Of a stretch of DNA of 61,282 bases, positions 1 to 8,424 are shown piece after piece. Numbering within the stretch: position 1 is the first letter of the stretch; every line of letters starts with the position of its first letter. The position numbers and the translations under genes are program-made. The DNA comes from an archaeon (GTDB lineage: Archaea > Nanobdellota > Nanobdellia > Pacearchaeales > GW2011-AR1). The stretch lies in assembly GCA_043797265.1 (NCBI GenBank), contig JAZDPV010000016.1, positions 1 through 61,282 on the forward strand, written 5' to 3'. Below the pieces are notes generated by a model. The model did not search any database and was not told the origin of the DNA. It saw only the letters and a program-made list of their open reading frames with translations.

Positions 1-255
1 AGATTAAAAAAATTAAAATTAATTTTGAAGATGTTTTTTTAATGACACGTCCAGAACCCCTCAGAATCTTTAATGAACTAAACGCTCCAGACTTAAAACC
101 TTTGAAGCGGAGGTTTAGAAAATGAAATCTTTATTTGTTCAAGTTCAACTACTCGCCGACAAGCAACAGCAAACAGAACTTATTAACTTCTTAAAAAATT
201 ATTCTGGCTCTGTTGATTTTGAAAATATAATCGCTTTGGAGGTTGAAGATAGATA

Positions 256-957
256 ATGGCACGAACATTTTCACCAGCGGAAAAATTAGCACTCCTCCGA
301 GCAGGCGGACGAATAGATACCCCACCTCAAACTAAAAAAATTAATGAACCACAGCAAACACCAAAGAAAGAACAAAAGAAAAAAAAGATTGATTTTTATA
401 AATTGGCTCGAGATATTCGGAAGGATGCCGAGAAGCGACGAGAATATGCTCGAGACCTTCGGGATATTCGGCGACAAGAACGACAAGACCGATATTCCAA
501 GACGAGAAGCGGAAAGATTGGCTCTGGAGTAAGTAAGTTTTTTAATGTGGCACAGCGAGGGCTTACACAATCGCTTTATAGACAAGGAATGACAACCGAA
601 CAAATAAAAGAACTAAGCAAGAGATTTAAACAGCGACAACAAATTCAACTACCAATTCAAATACCAAGACCAGTAAGTTTTTTTGATAGTGTTTTTAATG
701 TGGGGGATATGGTCGCACCGATGGTCGAACGAGAAATTTTTAATATAGCGAGTGGTCGGGGTGAGGCAACCTTAGGAGATTCAACAGCTTTTAATTTGGG
801 GCGTGAGGTCTTTGGTCATGCAAATATAATAACAAATTTTAATTCGCCAGTTCAAGCGGTTGAACGTGAGGTTTGGTTAAACTCCAATCTCGCACACGTT
901 CAACCAACCCGAAGAGTATCAAACGAAGCTCTATTTTGGGCGAATCAAGTCCCTTAA
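256..957 (+). CDS. hypothetical protein with a highly basic K/R/Q-rich N-terminal half
   Basis: 233-aa ORF. It is TAATG-overlapped with an unlisted 44-aa ORF (122..256), which is itself ATGA-overlapped with 41..124. No domain recognised. Confidence 0.5.
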   Translation: MARTFSPAEKLALLRAGGRIDTPPQTKKINEPQQTPKKEQKKKKIDFYKLARDIRKDAEKRREYARDLRDIRRQERQDRYSKTRSGKIGSGVSKFFNVAQRGLTQSLYRQGMTTEQIKELSKRFKQRQQIQLPIQIPRPVSFFDSVFNVGDMVAPMVEREIFNIASGRGEATLGDSTAFNLGREVFGHANIITNFNSPVQAVEREVWLNSNLAHVQPTRRVSNEALFWANQVP

Positions 958-1046
958 ATTCTTAGTTGTTCTTTTTTTCTTTGGGGGATTATTGCCCCCA
1001 TTTCTTCTTTCCAAACATTCTTAAGGTTTGATTAAGTGATTGTTTT

Positions 1047-1406
1047 ATGCCAGATGTAAATACTCATTGCAAAATAAGTAAAGACAGAACCAATAAGGAA
1101 TTTAGAGAATTACACGAATGGATAGATGAGCCACAGAAATTTTTTGGTATAAATCATAGATTAGAAAGACATTCTTTAAATGACATATATAAAAAATATA
1201 TTGAGGAGAATTTTGGAGGCAAAAGGGCGGTTATTGAATGGTTGTTTCATATAGCAATAGATAATTTAGAGACAGCAAATAAGTTTGCTGTTGATGAATA
1301 TGTAGATAACTTCGGTGAGATTAAAATTGTTTTTAATGGGAAGGAAATTAAAGGTTGTGATTTTAAAAAAAATAAAAGCGGAGTAACTACTTTTTTTAAA
1401 AAATGA
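1047..1406 (+). CDS. hypothetical protein
   Basis: 119-aa ORF. Its stop overlaps the next start (ATGA). No motif recognised. Confidence 0.5.
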   Translation: MPDVNTHCKISKDRTNKEFRELHEWIDEPQKFFGINHRLERHSLNDIYKKYIEENFGGKRAVIEWLFHIAIDNLETANKFAVDEYVDNFGEIKIVFNGKEIKGCDFKKNKSGVTTFFKK

Positions 1407-1654
1407 AAACTGAAGATAAAATTAAATTACTTTACGATTATAGTAAAACTTATGCCTTTGCTTTTTTTACAGCAGAATTGGTTTTTGCCTTTGGAATTCT
1501 TTCAAATTTAGGAAAAATCAATAAGTTGTCTCTCTGGGTATTACTATTGATTATGTTTTTATTATTTATGGTATGTTTTTATTATATAATTATTTTTAAT
1601 AAAGCATATGGTAAATTACTTGGGAAAGATAAACTTTGTGATTTAATAAAATGA
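1403..1654 (+). CDS. small membrane protein (2 TM)
   Basis: 83 aa with two hydrophobic helices. ATGA-coupled on both sides. Confidence 0.5.
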   Translation: MKTEDKIKLLYDYSKTYAFAFFTAELVFAFGILSNLGKINKLSLWVLLLIMFLLFMVCFYYIIIFNKAYGKLLGKDKLCDLIK

Positions 1655-1836
1655 ACTGGAAAACTTTTCGGGTTTATTTATTTATTATTCTTGTTGCGTT
1701 AGTCGTCGTCGTCGGTGTTTCGTTTCTTTTAAAAATTTCAGGTTTTAGTTTATGGAATGGGGTTGGTATTCTTTATTGCGATAATCTTTGCGAGATGAGA
1801 ATGCCATTAAGTTTTTATGCAGGGGGGATGGGATGA
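1651..1836 (+). CDS. small membrane protein
   Basis: 61 aa with an N-terminal TM helix (LFIILVALVVVVGVSFLL). Its stop overlaps the ATG at 1833. Confidence 0.4.
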   Translation: MNWKTFRVYLFIILVALVVVVGVSFLLKISGFSLWNGVGILYCDNLCEMRMPLSFYAGGMG

Positions 1837-2057
1837 GGAAAAAAGAATCACCTTTTATTAAGTGGCTTAATATATTATCAAAGGAAGAGGTAGCTGGGGC
1901 AATGAGCACACCTGTTTTTAATAACAATTATAAAGAACCGCTAATTCAACTTTATTCTGCTTATCAAAACTACTTATTAGTTCAAAAAACAAAGTGGTTG
2001 GTTTGGGTCACATGGGCATTGGCTATTGGAACATTATTGGTATTGATATTTAAGTAA
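1833..2057 (+). CDS. small C-terminally anchored membrane protein
   Basis: Trimmed from ORF 1788..2057 to the ATG in the ATGA overlap (MRKKESPF...). C-terminal TM WLVWVTWALAIGTLLVLIF. Confidence 0.4.
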   Translation: MRKKESPFIKWLNILSKEEVAGAMSTPVFNNNYKEPLIQLYSAYQNYLLVQKTKWLVWVTWALAIGTLLVLIFK

Positions 2058-2141
2058 ATTCTTCTATCATTATTGGATGGCGTGTGAGTTGAGAGGAATT
2101 TGTAGATAGATTTTTAAGGTTTGATATGTTAGATATTTTAG

Positions 2142-2342
2142 ATGGTTAAACTTAATTGGTTTGAGGGGGGTTGTATAGACATTCTGGTTTTGATTGTTTT
2201 GGGGTATATCTTTAATAGTCTCGTTGAGGAATGGTATTGGCTTAATATAATAATTTTTATTATTCTTTGGTTGGGGGTCTCCAGTATTATTACAAAACTA
2301 ATTAGGGGCAAAGACACAAAAAAGTTGGGAAAGAAAAAATGA
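2142..2342 (+). CDS. small membrane protein (2 TM)
   Basis: 66 aa, hydrophobic, with a KKLGKKK tail. ATGA-coupled to the next ORF. Confidence 0.45.
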   Translation: MVKLNWFEGGCIDILVLIVLGYIFNSLVEEWYWLNIIIFIILWLGVSSIITKLIRGKDTKKLGKKK

Positions 2343-2545
2343 AAAACAAAACATTATTATGGATTTTGTATGGATTAGTAAATTTACTTGGTTTTTATGC
2401 GGGTTATCAGTTTGCTATTGTAGTATATGAAATTATAAAAGGGGCAAGGGGGTTTTTTGTTGTAGGACAATTAACAGGTGTAGCTCTTATGATATGGTTA
2501 TTTATTTATTTAAGGAATTTAATTAAAAGAGAATTGAAAAAATGA
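2339..2545 (+). CDS. small membrane protein (2 TM)
   Basis: 68 aa, hydrophobic. ATGA-coupled to an unlisted 22-aa ORF (2542..2610, MKSNGEHYF...). Confidence 0.45.
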   Translation: MKNKTLLWILYGLVNLLGFYAGYQFAIVVYEIIKGARGFFVVGQLTGVALMIWLFIYLRNLIKRELKK

Positions 2546-2606
2546 AAAGTAATGGAGAACATTACTTCTATAAGAAGGATGGGGGGAATTCTTATAGGAA
2601 GAAAAA

Positions 2607-3242
2607 ATGAAAAACAAATGGGGTTATAAAACGGAAGGCAATCCCATCCACAGAATAAGGGCATATAATCATATTTATTTGATGAATAGAAAAAAATATC
2701 CTCTACAATGGGGAGCTTATGAAGTTCATCATATAGACGGCGATAGAGATAATAACCGAATGGATAATCTTGCGGTATTAACTCCAGAAGAACATGATAA
2801 AGCACATGACAAAATGGAATATGAACTTAGGATATTTTCTAAATATGGAACCTTACCAGAAGATTTGTTAAAACTTAAGGATATCTTTTCAAAAGAATAT
2901 AATTTGAGTTGGGAAAAAATAGAAGAGGAATTTCATGAATTGAGCAAAGAGTTTTTTTTAGAATTTTGTAAGGAGGATGAGAAATATAAATCTAATGAAA
3001 TAGTATATGGTGAACAAGTAGCTCTTAATACCCTTCAATACCAACTTAAATTAGAAGAAGGTAGAATCCCAATTGAAATCTTAAAAAAAACTTGGAAAGA
3101 ATTATTAGAAAATTACAAGGAAGAAAAAGAGGAAGCCAAAGAAGAAGCCGAAAGAAAAGTAAAACGAAAAGAATTAATGGATAAAATAAAAAAAGGTGTT
3201 AAGAAAGGATTTAAAACTATTTTTAAGAAGAGGAAAAAATGA
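2607..3242 (+). CDS. HNH endonuclease-domain protein with a charged coiled-coil tail
   Basis: HNH signature 'EVHHIDGDRDNNRMDNLAVLTPEEHDKAH'. The C-terminal half is E/K-rich. Confidence 0.7.
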   Translation: MKNKWGYKTEGNPIHRIRAYNHIYLMNRKKYPLQWGAYEVHHIDGDRDNNRMDNLAVLTPEEHDKAHDKMEYELRIFSKYGTLPEDLLKLKDIFSKEYNLSWEKIEEEFHELSKEFFLEFCKEDEKYKSNEIVYGEQVALNTLQYQLKLEEGRIPIEILKKTWKELLENYKEEKEEAKEEAERKVKRKELMDKIKKGVKKGFKTIFKKRKK

Positions 3243-3448
3243 AAAAATTAAAATCTTTGTGGGAGAAAGGGTGGTTCTTTATACCTGTATCTTTTGTATT
3301 ATGGTGGATTGTGATGATGATAGTTTTTGCGTATATTCTTCCCGTATTATTTGATTTTCAGGCAAAAGTTGAGAATGTTGTAAAACTAATGCTCTTGTTT
3401 TGGGGAGGCAGTATTCTAAACAGATATTGGTGGAATAAGAAAAAATGA
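3239..3448 (+). CDS. small membrane protein (2 TM)
   Basis: 69 aa, hydrophobic. ATGA-coupled on both sides. Confidence 0.45.
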   Translation: MKKLKSLWEKGWFFIPVSFVLWWIVMMIVFAYILPVLFDFQAKVENVVKLMLLFWGGSILNRYWWNKKK

Positions 3449-3810
3449 AAAGTAATGGAGAAAACGCAATAGCCGAAGTCTTAACGAAATATAATGTTGA
3501 TTTTGTATATGAATATCCATTATTAATAAAAGAAACTAAAGAAAATGATGGTGAAAAATTAAGAATTTGGTATCCTGATTTTTGGCTTCCTAAATATTCT
3601 ATAATTATCGAATACTTTGGCATGATGGATAATGAATCTTATCTTAAGGGAAAAGAGGCAAAAATGAAAGCATACAAAAAATTAGATATTGATTGTATCC
3701 CAGTTTATCCAAAAACAATTCAGGGCGATTTAAAATCTTATCTTTTGATTAGTATTAAAAAATTGATAAATGAAAAGGTAAGACATTTTGAAGGTAGAAA
3801 CAAAAAATGA
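3445..3810 (+). CDS. PD-(D/E)XK (Vsr/DUF559-like) nuclease-fold protein
   Basis: Motif 'YPDFWLP...IIIEYFG', typical of restriction-endonuclease-like folds. The N-terminal MKSNGE is shared with the mini-ORF at 2542. Confidence 0.45.
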   Translation: MKSNGENAIAEVLTKYNVDFVYEYPLLIKETKENDGEKLRIWYPDFWLPKYSIIIEYFGMMDNESYLKGKEAKMKAYKKLDIDCIPVYPKTIQGDLKSYLLISIKKLINEKVRHFEGRNKK

Positions 3811-4022
3811 AAAGCAAAAAAATACCTGTTCATTTCGCCAAGCCCATTATTTATAATAATGAGGAGTGGTTATCGGATTTTGTAATTGGGTTAAAAGGAG
3901 TTGAACCACACGGACATTTAACAATGAGCGGTTCGATAGTTCAATATTTAAGAGATGGAACGGGCAAAGAAATTATTAAGGATGGGATTATAATAGCGGA
4001 TGTCGTGAGGGTTGACAAATAA
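3807..4022 (+). CDS. hypothetical protein
   Basis: 71-aa ORF, the last member of the ATGA-coupled chain. Confidence 0.4.
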   Translation: MKSKKIPVHFAKPIIYNNEEWLSDFVIGLKGVEPHGHLTMSGSIVQYLRDGTGKEIIKDGIIIADVVRVDK

Positions 4023-4103
4023 ACTTAAATACCTAAAAAATCTTTCATTCTCGGTCGAGATTTTATTAAATATCAACATTGTTGTAACGGTAAAAAATCG
4101 AAG

Positions 4104-4242
4104 CCCCTCATAGTTCAATGGTAGAACACGTGGCTGTAGAAGTGCGCTTGACGTTGTGCTGGGCACATAAGAATGATAGCGTTTTAGTCCGTATCGTGGC
4201 TGCAGAGCCCGCGATGTCCAAGTTCGATTCTTGGTGGGGGGA
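4104..4242 (+). tRNA. tRNA-Tyr (GUA) with a ~68-nt intron at the canonical 37/38 position
   Basis: Hand-folded cloverleaf:
- Acceptor stem CCCCTCA/TGGGGGG, giving C1-G72, with discriminator A73.
- D arm GTTC/GAAC.
- Anticodon stem CGTGG/CCGCG with loop CTGTAG|..|C.
- T arm CCAAG-TTCGATT-CTTGG.
The intron is ~4140..4207. Its 3' end (CTGCAG) pairs with the anticodon loop (CTGTAG) in a BHB-like way. Confidence 0.75.
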
Positions 4243-4304
4243 TGAAATTTTGTCGTTGCTGTTGAGTGATTTTAGGTGGTTACAAATATAGAAATATTTA
4301 TAAG

Positions 4305-5266
4305 TGTGGGCACCCTTAATATGTTATGTATATTGAGAAGAGGAAATCTGGGAGAAGTGTAAAATATTATTTGGTTCATTCTTATCGAAACAAGGAGAAG
4401 ATAGAGAAAATAAGAAGGTATCTTGGGGTTAATCTTTCTGAGAAAGAATTATTAAGAAAAAGAGAAAAAGTTGAGAAAATAATTTTAGAGTTATTAGCGG
4501 AGATGAATACGCGGGTGTTTTTCTTTGTGTTAACAAAAAAACAAATAGAAATTTTGAATAAGTTTAGTAATAAAATTGAAGTGGTTCATTTGAGTGAAAA
4601 AGAATGGGAAAATTTTACAGAAGATTTTGTTTATAATACAAATGCTATTGAAGGTTCGACTGTGTCCGAGGAAGAAGTTGCAGAAATTCTTTGTAAGAAA
4701 AGTGCTGAAAATACCGAGGAGGTGGAAGCAAAAGGTGTTGCGATGGCGGTTGAATATATAAGAAGGACAAAGGAGGGTTTGTCGTTAAATTTATTGTTGA
4801 AATTACACAATTTTTGTTTCAAAGGTTCAAAACATTTTACGGGAAAATTCAGGGATGTTAATGTGGTTGTAAGAAATTCAAAGGGGCAAATTCTTCATGT
4901 GGGAGTTCCAAAAAAAGAGTTGAATGATTATCTTAAGGATTTTATTGAATGGTATAAAGAAAATAAAAATAAATTCAAACCCTTGGTTTTGGCTGCGATA
5001 TTACATAATCAATTTGAGCATATTCATCCGTTTCAGGACGGGAATGGGAGGGTGGGGAGATTGTTATTGAATTATATTTTATTGAAGAATAATTATCCTC
5101 CGATAAATATAGTGCTTGAAGATAGGCAGGAATATTATAAATCGTTGTATGAATATTCGAAAAGAGATGATTTGAAGCCAACTCTTAAATTGTTAATCAA
5201 GCAATATAAAAAGACACTAAAAGAGGTGTCTACAAAAAAGAATAAGAAGTGAGTTTGTGGGCACCC
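4305..5266 (+). mobile_element. Fic gene cassette bounded by 11-bp direct repeats
   Basis: TGTGGGCACCC occurs at 4305..4315 (11 nt before the ATG) and at 5256..5266 (3 nt after the stop). Confidence 0.45.
4326..5252 (+). CDS. fic: Fic/DOC family protein (AMPylase-type)
   Basis: Canonical Fic motif 'HPFQDGNGRVGRLL' (HxFx[DE]GNGRxxR). 308 aa. Confidence 0.85.
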   Translation: MYIEKRKSGRSVKYYLVHSYRNKEKIEKIRRYLGVNLSEKELLRKREKVEKIILELLAEMNTRVFFFVLTKKQIEILNKFSNKIEVVHLSEKEWENFTEDFVYNTNAIEGSTVSEEEVAEILCKKSAENTEEVEAKGVAMAVEYIRRTKEGLSLNLLLKLHNFCFKGSKHFTGKFRDVNVVVRNSKGQILHVGVPKKELNDYLKDFIEWYKENKNKFKPLVLAAILHNQFEHIHPFQDGNGRVGRLLLNYILLKNNYPPINIVLEDRQEYYKSLYEYSKRDDLKPTLKLLIKQYKKTLKEVSTKKNKK

Positions 5267-5396
5267 CTAGTTTGATTAAATATGCTTGATTCTATTCGCA
5301 AACGAACACTTTTGGTTGGGTCTTGGTGGGGGGATTTGTGCGATGGTCGGTGGGGGCTGGGCGAAGGTTTTTAAAGTTTGGAATTATGGTTTTGTG

Positions 5397-5621
5397 ATGA
5401 AGAGGATGTTTGGTTCGTATGTTCCGAGGAAAGGTTTTGGTTGGGCGGTGTTTTTTACGTTTGTTACATTTGTTTTAGTTTTTTGCGGGGTGAGTGAGAG
5501 GGATGTTCCTATTCTTGTTTTGTCGTTGGTCTCAGGGTTTGTCGGGCTTTATTTCACGAAGAAGAGTTGGGTTCCTTATTGGCCGAAGAAGAAAGTGCGT
5601 TCTTCTAAAAGAAGGAAATAG
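5397..5621 (+). CDS. small membrane protein (2 TM)
   Basis: Trimmed to the ATG (MKRMFGSY...). Two TM helices and a basic tail. Confidence 0.4.
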   Translation: MKRMFGSYVPRKGFGWAVFFTFVTFVLVFCGVSERDVPILVLSLVSGFVGLYFTKKSWVPYWPKKKVRSSKRRK

Positions 5622-5658
5622 TTGTGAAGGTTTTTATAGTTTGGTTGTGTGGTTATAT

Positions 5659-5823
5659 ATGGCGGTTCTGAAAGATTACGATTGGTGCGACGAGCGAACT
5701 TTTGCCGAGATAAAAAAGAAGTTTAGTAATGACGGAGTGGCGTTGTCGCAGGAAGAAATAGACGAATTAATTAGAGATAAAGATTTGAAGCTGAAGCAGA
5801 TTGTTAAAAAGGAATTTGATTAG
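5659..5823 (+). CDS. small hypothetical protein (54 aa)
   Basis: In-frame ATG within ORF 5494..5823. The upstream part overlaps the previous gene. Confidence 0.35.
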   Translation: MAVLKDYDWCDERTFAEIKKKFSNDGVALSQEEIDELIRDKDLKLKQIVKKEFD

Positions 5824-7178
5824 TCTTTGCGGATTTGGTCACTCATGAAGAAAATTTTGTTTGATTCGACTTCGTGGATTTTGTCGGCTTGTTCGAATAC
5901 GACTGTTGCTTCTGGGAGTGCGAATTTACCGATGACGCCGACTTTTGAGTATACTATATAAGAGAACAGTCTTTCTTCGCCGGCGTTAAGGTCGCCGATG
6001 TTCCAGTGGATTCGTCGGCTTGCTGCGTCGATTTTGTCGGGTTTGTTCATTCCGAACTTGTTATAAATTTTTACAATTGCCGGGACTTTGTCGATGAGGG
6101 TTACATTTTCGACATTCTTTTTTGCTTTGAGCGACAGATTTATTTTAAGTGCGAATTCGTCGTGTTTTGTGCGGACGTGGTGGACGGATTTTTTGACTTC
6201 GACTTTTGTTTCGGTGAATCGCTTGAATCCGAAGAGGGCGAGTGTGACGACGACGATTATAAGGAATGGGAAGATGTAGTTTGTTCTGGCTTTGATTGTG
6301 AATGTTTCGGTTGGGTTTAGTTTTTGTTTTAGCCATGAATATTCGATGGCGAATCCTTTTCTTTCGACGGTGTCTGGTTCGATGTTGAAGGTTGTGAAGA
6401 GTCGAGAGAAAATATTTTTTGTTGCTTGGACTTGGACGTTTTCGAGGACGTTGCCGGCGTTGGTTTTGGTTATTGTTTGTGTCCGGATTAGGATTCCTGA
6501 TTTATCTTCGGTTGTTGTTATTCCTTTTTTTTCGCCGAGGTAGAGGTTGCCTTCGATTTTTTTCTTGCCGTCTTTTGTCTGGAAGGTTGATTCTATAATG
6601 TAGATGCCGGCTTTTGTTTTTTTAAGTTTGTCGTCGCTGACGTTTGCCGTGAATTCGAGTTTTTGATTTGGGCCGAGGTCAAATGTTGCTTCGGTGCTGA
6701 ATAGGATTGATGAGAATTTTGCTTCGAGATTTTTGAGTGTTGTTGATTCAAGATTTTTGACATAGAATTTTACTTCGCCTGATGCGGGGTCGATTGTGTC
6801 GGAGCCGACTTCAATTGTGTCTTCGAGTTTTAGAATTTTGGCCAGGAATTTTTCTTCGGTTTTTTCAAAGCCGCGGTGGTTGAGGATGTATGTGAAGGTG
6901 TAATAGCCGTCGACGTCGAGATTTTCGGTCGGGGAGATTGTGAATGTTTTTATGAATGGGTCGGTTGAAATTGTAAATATTTCTGATGGTGTGGTTGTGA
7001 TGTCGGCGAGGGTGTAGAGGTTGTATGTTCCGGGTGTTGCGTTTGTGATTGTGAGTGTCAGGTCGATTGATGAGTCGATTTCTGGGATGAGGACGTTTGA
7101 GTTGTATTGGGCTGAGATGTTCAATGCCGATGCGAAACTGAGCGAGATTAATATTGCTATTAAGAATAATAGTTTCAT
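5820..7178 (-). CDS. exported protein with Ig-like/DUF11-like regions and one internal TM helix
   Basis: Signal peptide MKLLFLIAILISLSFASA. TM helix IFPFLIIVVVTLALFGF. C-terminal 'IHWNIGDLNAGEERLFSYIV' resembles the DUF11 conserved repeat. Confidence 0.55.
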   Translation of the reverse strand: MKLLFLIAILISLSFASALNISAQYNSNVLIPEIDSSIDLTLTITNATPGTYNLYTLADITTTPSEIFTISTDPFIKTFTISPTENLDVDGYYTFTYILNHRGFEKTEEKFLAKILKLEDTIEVGSDTIDPASGEVKFYVKNLESTTLKNLEAKFSSILFSTEATFDLGPNQKLEFTANVSDDKLKKTKAGIYIIESTFQTKDGKKKIEGNLYLGEKKGITTTEDKSGILIRTQTITKTNAGNVLENVQVQATKNIFSRLFTTFNIEPDTVERKGFAIEYSWLKQKLNPTETFTIKARTNYIFPFLIIVVVTLALFGFKRFTETKVEVKKSVHHVRTKHDEFALKINLSLKAKKNVENVTLIDKVPAIVKIYNKFGMNKPDKIDAASRRIHWNIGDLNAGEERLFSYIVYSKVGVIGKFALPEATVVFEQADKIHEVESNKIFFMSDQIRKD

Positions 7179-7223
7179 AAAATAGGGGGTTTTGATTATT
7201 TTATAAGTATTATTGTGGTAGAG

Positions 7224-7721
7224 TTATTTTGTCGGGATTCTTAGGAATGCTTTTACTTCTTTTATCATATCTTTTAGTTCGTCTTCGAGGTTGCCTTCGT
7301 ATTCGTCGATTGTTTCGCGGATGATGTATTTTTCGTAGATTCCGCGCAGGAATTTCCAGATTGGCTTGTCTTCCCATCGCTTTTCGTAATCCTTGATGAT
7401 GTTTGCCTTGAATGCGATTTCGATTTCGCCTTTGTTTGTGCTGACTTTTTTGCCGTCGATTTCGACTTCGGCGTCTTTCATCCCGAGGATGTGCCAATTT
7501 AGTTTGATTTGGAATTGGAAGTAATCGGTGACTTTTTTGTTGGCGGTCCATTCGATTATTATTTCTTTGCCGTTGGTTGAGAGTTTTTCGTTGTATAAAT
7601 CTTCCTGAACGCTGTAGTTGGAGTCCTTGAGCCAAGAGAATGCGAGGTCGTAGACTTCTTTGTATTTCCAGTGTCCGGTTTGTTTGAGTTTTTCTTTGTA
7701 GACTTCTTTTTTTTGCGCCAT
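7224..7721 (-). CDS. hypothetical protein
   Basis: 165-aa ORF with normal amino-acid composition. The overlapping ORFs 7210..7635 and 7559..8299 are low-complexity artefacts. Confidence 0.55.
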   Translation of the reverse strand: MAQKKEVYKEKLKQTGHWKYKEVYDLAFSWLKDSNYSVQEDLYNEKLSTNGKEIIIEWTANKKVTDYFQFQIKLNWHILGMKDAEVEIDGKKVSTNKGEIEIAFKANIIKDYEKRWEDKPIWKFLRGIYEKYIIRETIDEYEGNLEDELKDMIKEVKAFLRIPTK

Positions 7722-7818
7722 ACGAAATGTTTAGATTGTTTTAATATATAAACATTTCGAGGACAGAGGACGGGGGGCGGAGAGTTTTCGATTGTTGTCA
7801 CAATCGATGTGTATGTGA

Positions 7819-8376
7819 TTATCTTTTGTTGTAGCAGTCGTCGCAGAGCCATTGGGCTTCGTCTTGGTAGAGAATTTCGTATTCGCCGCACTCTTCGCAG
7901 ATGCCTTGTTTTCGCGGGGCGACGATGCTGCTTCGGTTTAGTTTTTCTGTTTCTTCCTTGATTTTTATTGTTTCGGCTATTAGTTGAAAAAGTCCGGGGT
8001 CTATTTTTAGGATGTCTTTGGTTGTGAGGAAGCCGATTATTTTGCCGCGCTCTACGACGGGAAGCCGTCGGATTTTTTTCTTTTTGAATTTTTTTAGGGC
8101 GTCGGTGATGTCGGCGGAAGGTTTGATTGTGATGACTTTTCGTTTCATGAGGGCTTTTGCCGGGATGTTTTTTAAATCGTATTTTGATTTTTTTACGATT
8201 GCCCAGAGGATGTCTTTTTCGGTGAGGATTCCCTTGAGTTTGTCGCCGTCTTTGATTATCAGGCTTCCGACTCTTTTTTTGACCATTGTTTTGGCGCATT
8301 CTCTGAGGTTTGTGTCGGGCGCGACGTAGATGAAGTTTCGTGTCATGAGGTCGCCGACTTTGATTCCGGTGTCCAT
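7819..8376 (-). CDS. CBS-pair protein with a C-terminal zinc ribbon
   Basis: Two CBS-like halves (VGSLIIKDGDKLKGILTEKDIL; RRLPVVERGKIIGFLTTKDIL), followed by CEECGEY...CDDC. Confidence 0.75.
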   Translation of the reverse strand: MDTGIKVGDLMTRNFIYVAPDTNLRECAKTMVKKRVGSLIIKDGDKLKGILTEKDILWAIVKKSKYDLKNIPAKALMKRKVITIKPSADITDALKKFKKKKIRRLPVVERGKIIGFLTTKDILKIDPGLFQLIAETIKIKEETEKLNRSSIVAPRKQGICEECGEYEILYQDEAQWLCDDCYNKR

Positions 8377-8424
8377 AATTATATTAGGGATAGGAGGTAT
8401 TTATATGTTGGTTAGTATTTTAAG

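Larger units (their letters stand above)
1..4100. mobile_element. putative integrated virus/plasmid-like module abutting tRNA-Tyr; its left end lies outside the window
   Basis: AT-rich composition unlike the G/T-rich backbone. Contains about 14 short ORFs chained by ATGA/TAATG stop-start overlaps, many tiny membrane proteins, and HNH plus PD-(D/E)XK-like nucleases. It ends next to a tRNA gene. No integrase is visible in the window. Confidence 0.35.

Noticed and set aside
4196-4213. Alternative reading of the tRNA at 4104..4242 as tRNA-Cys, using the second anticodon-like loop CTGCAGA.
   Set aside because: With that loop the 3' stem strand is displaced (a 9-nt loop). The first loop (GTA) gives a proper 5-bp stem with CCGCG after intron removal, and C1-G72 with A73 fits Tyr.
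5494-5658. Upstream part of ORF 5494..5823, and ORF 5286..5396 as real coding sequence.
   Set aside because: They overlap each other in different frames, start with non-ATG codons, and have G/V/R/F-rich composition typical of out-of-frame reading of G/T-rich DNA. Shorter ATG-initiated versions were kept.
7559-8299. Long ORFs antisense to real genes with R/N/P/Q/K/H-rich low-complexity translations. Examples are 7210..7635, 7559..8299, 9618..10349, 14146..15021, 26743..27738, 37521..38369, 42252..43247, 53193..53834, 53964..54746 and 58282..58998.
   Set aside because: They lie opposite well-supported genes. The C/A-rich antisense of a G/T-rich strand is poor in T, so stop codons are rare. The translations are repetitive and domain-free.
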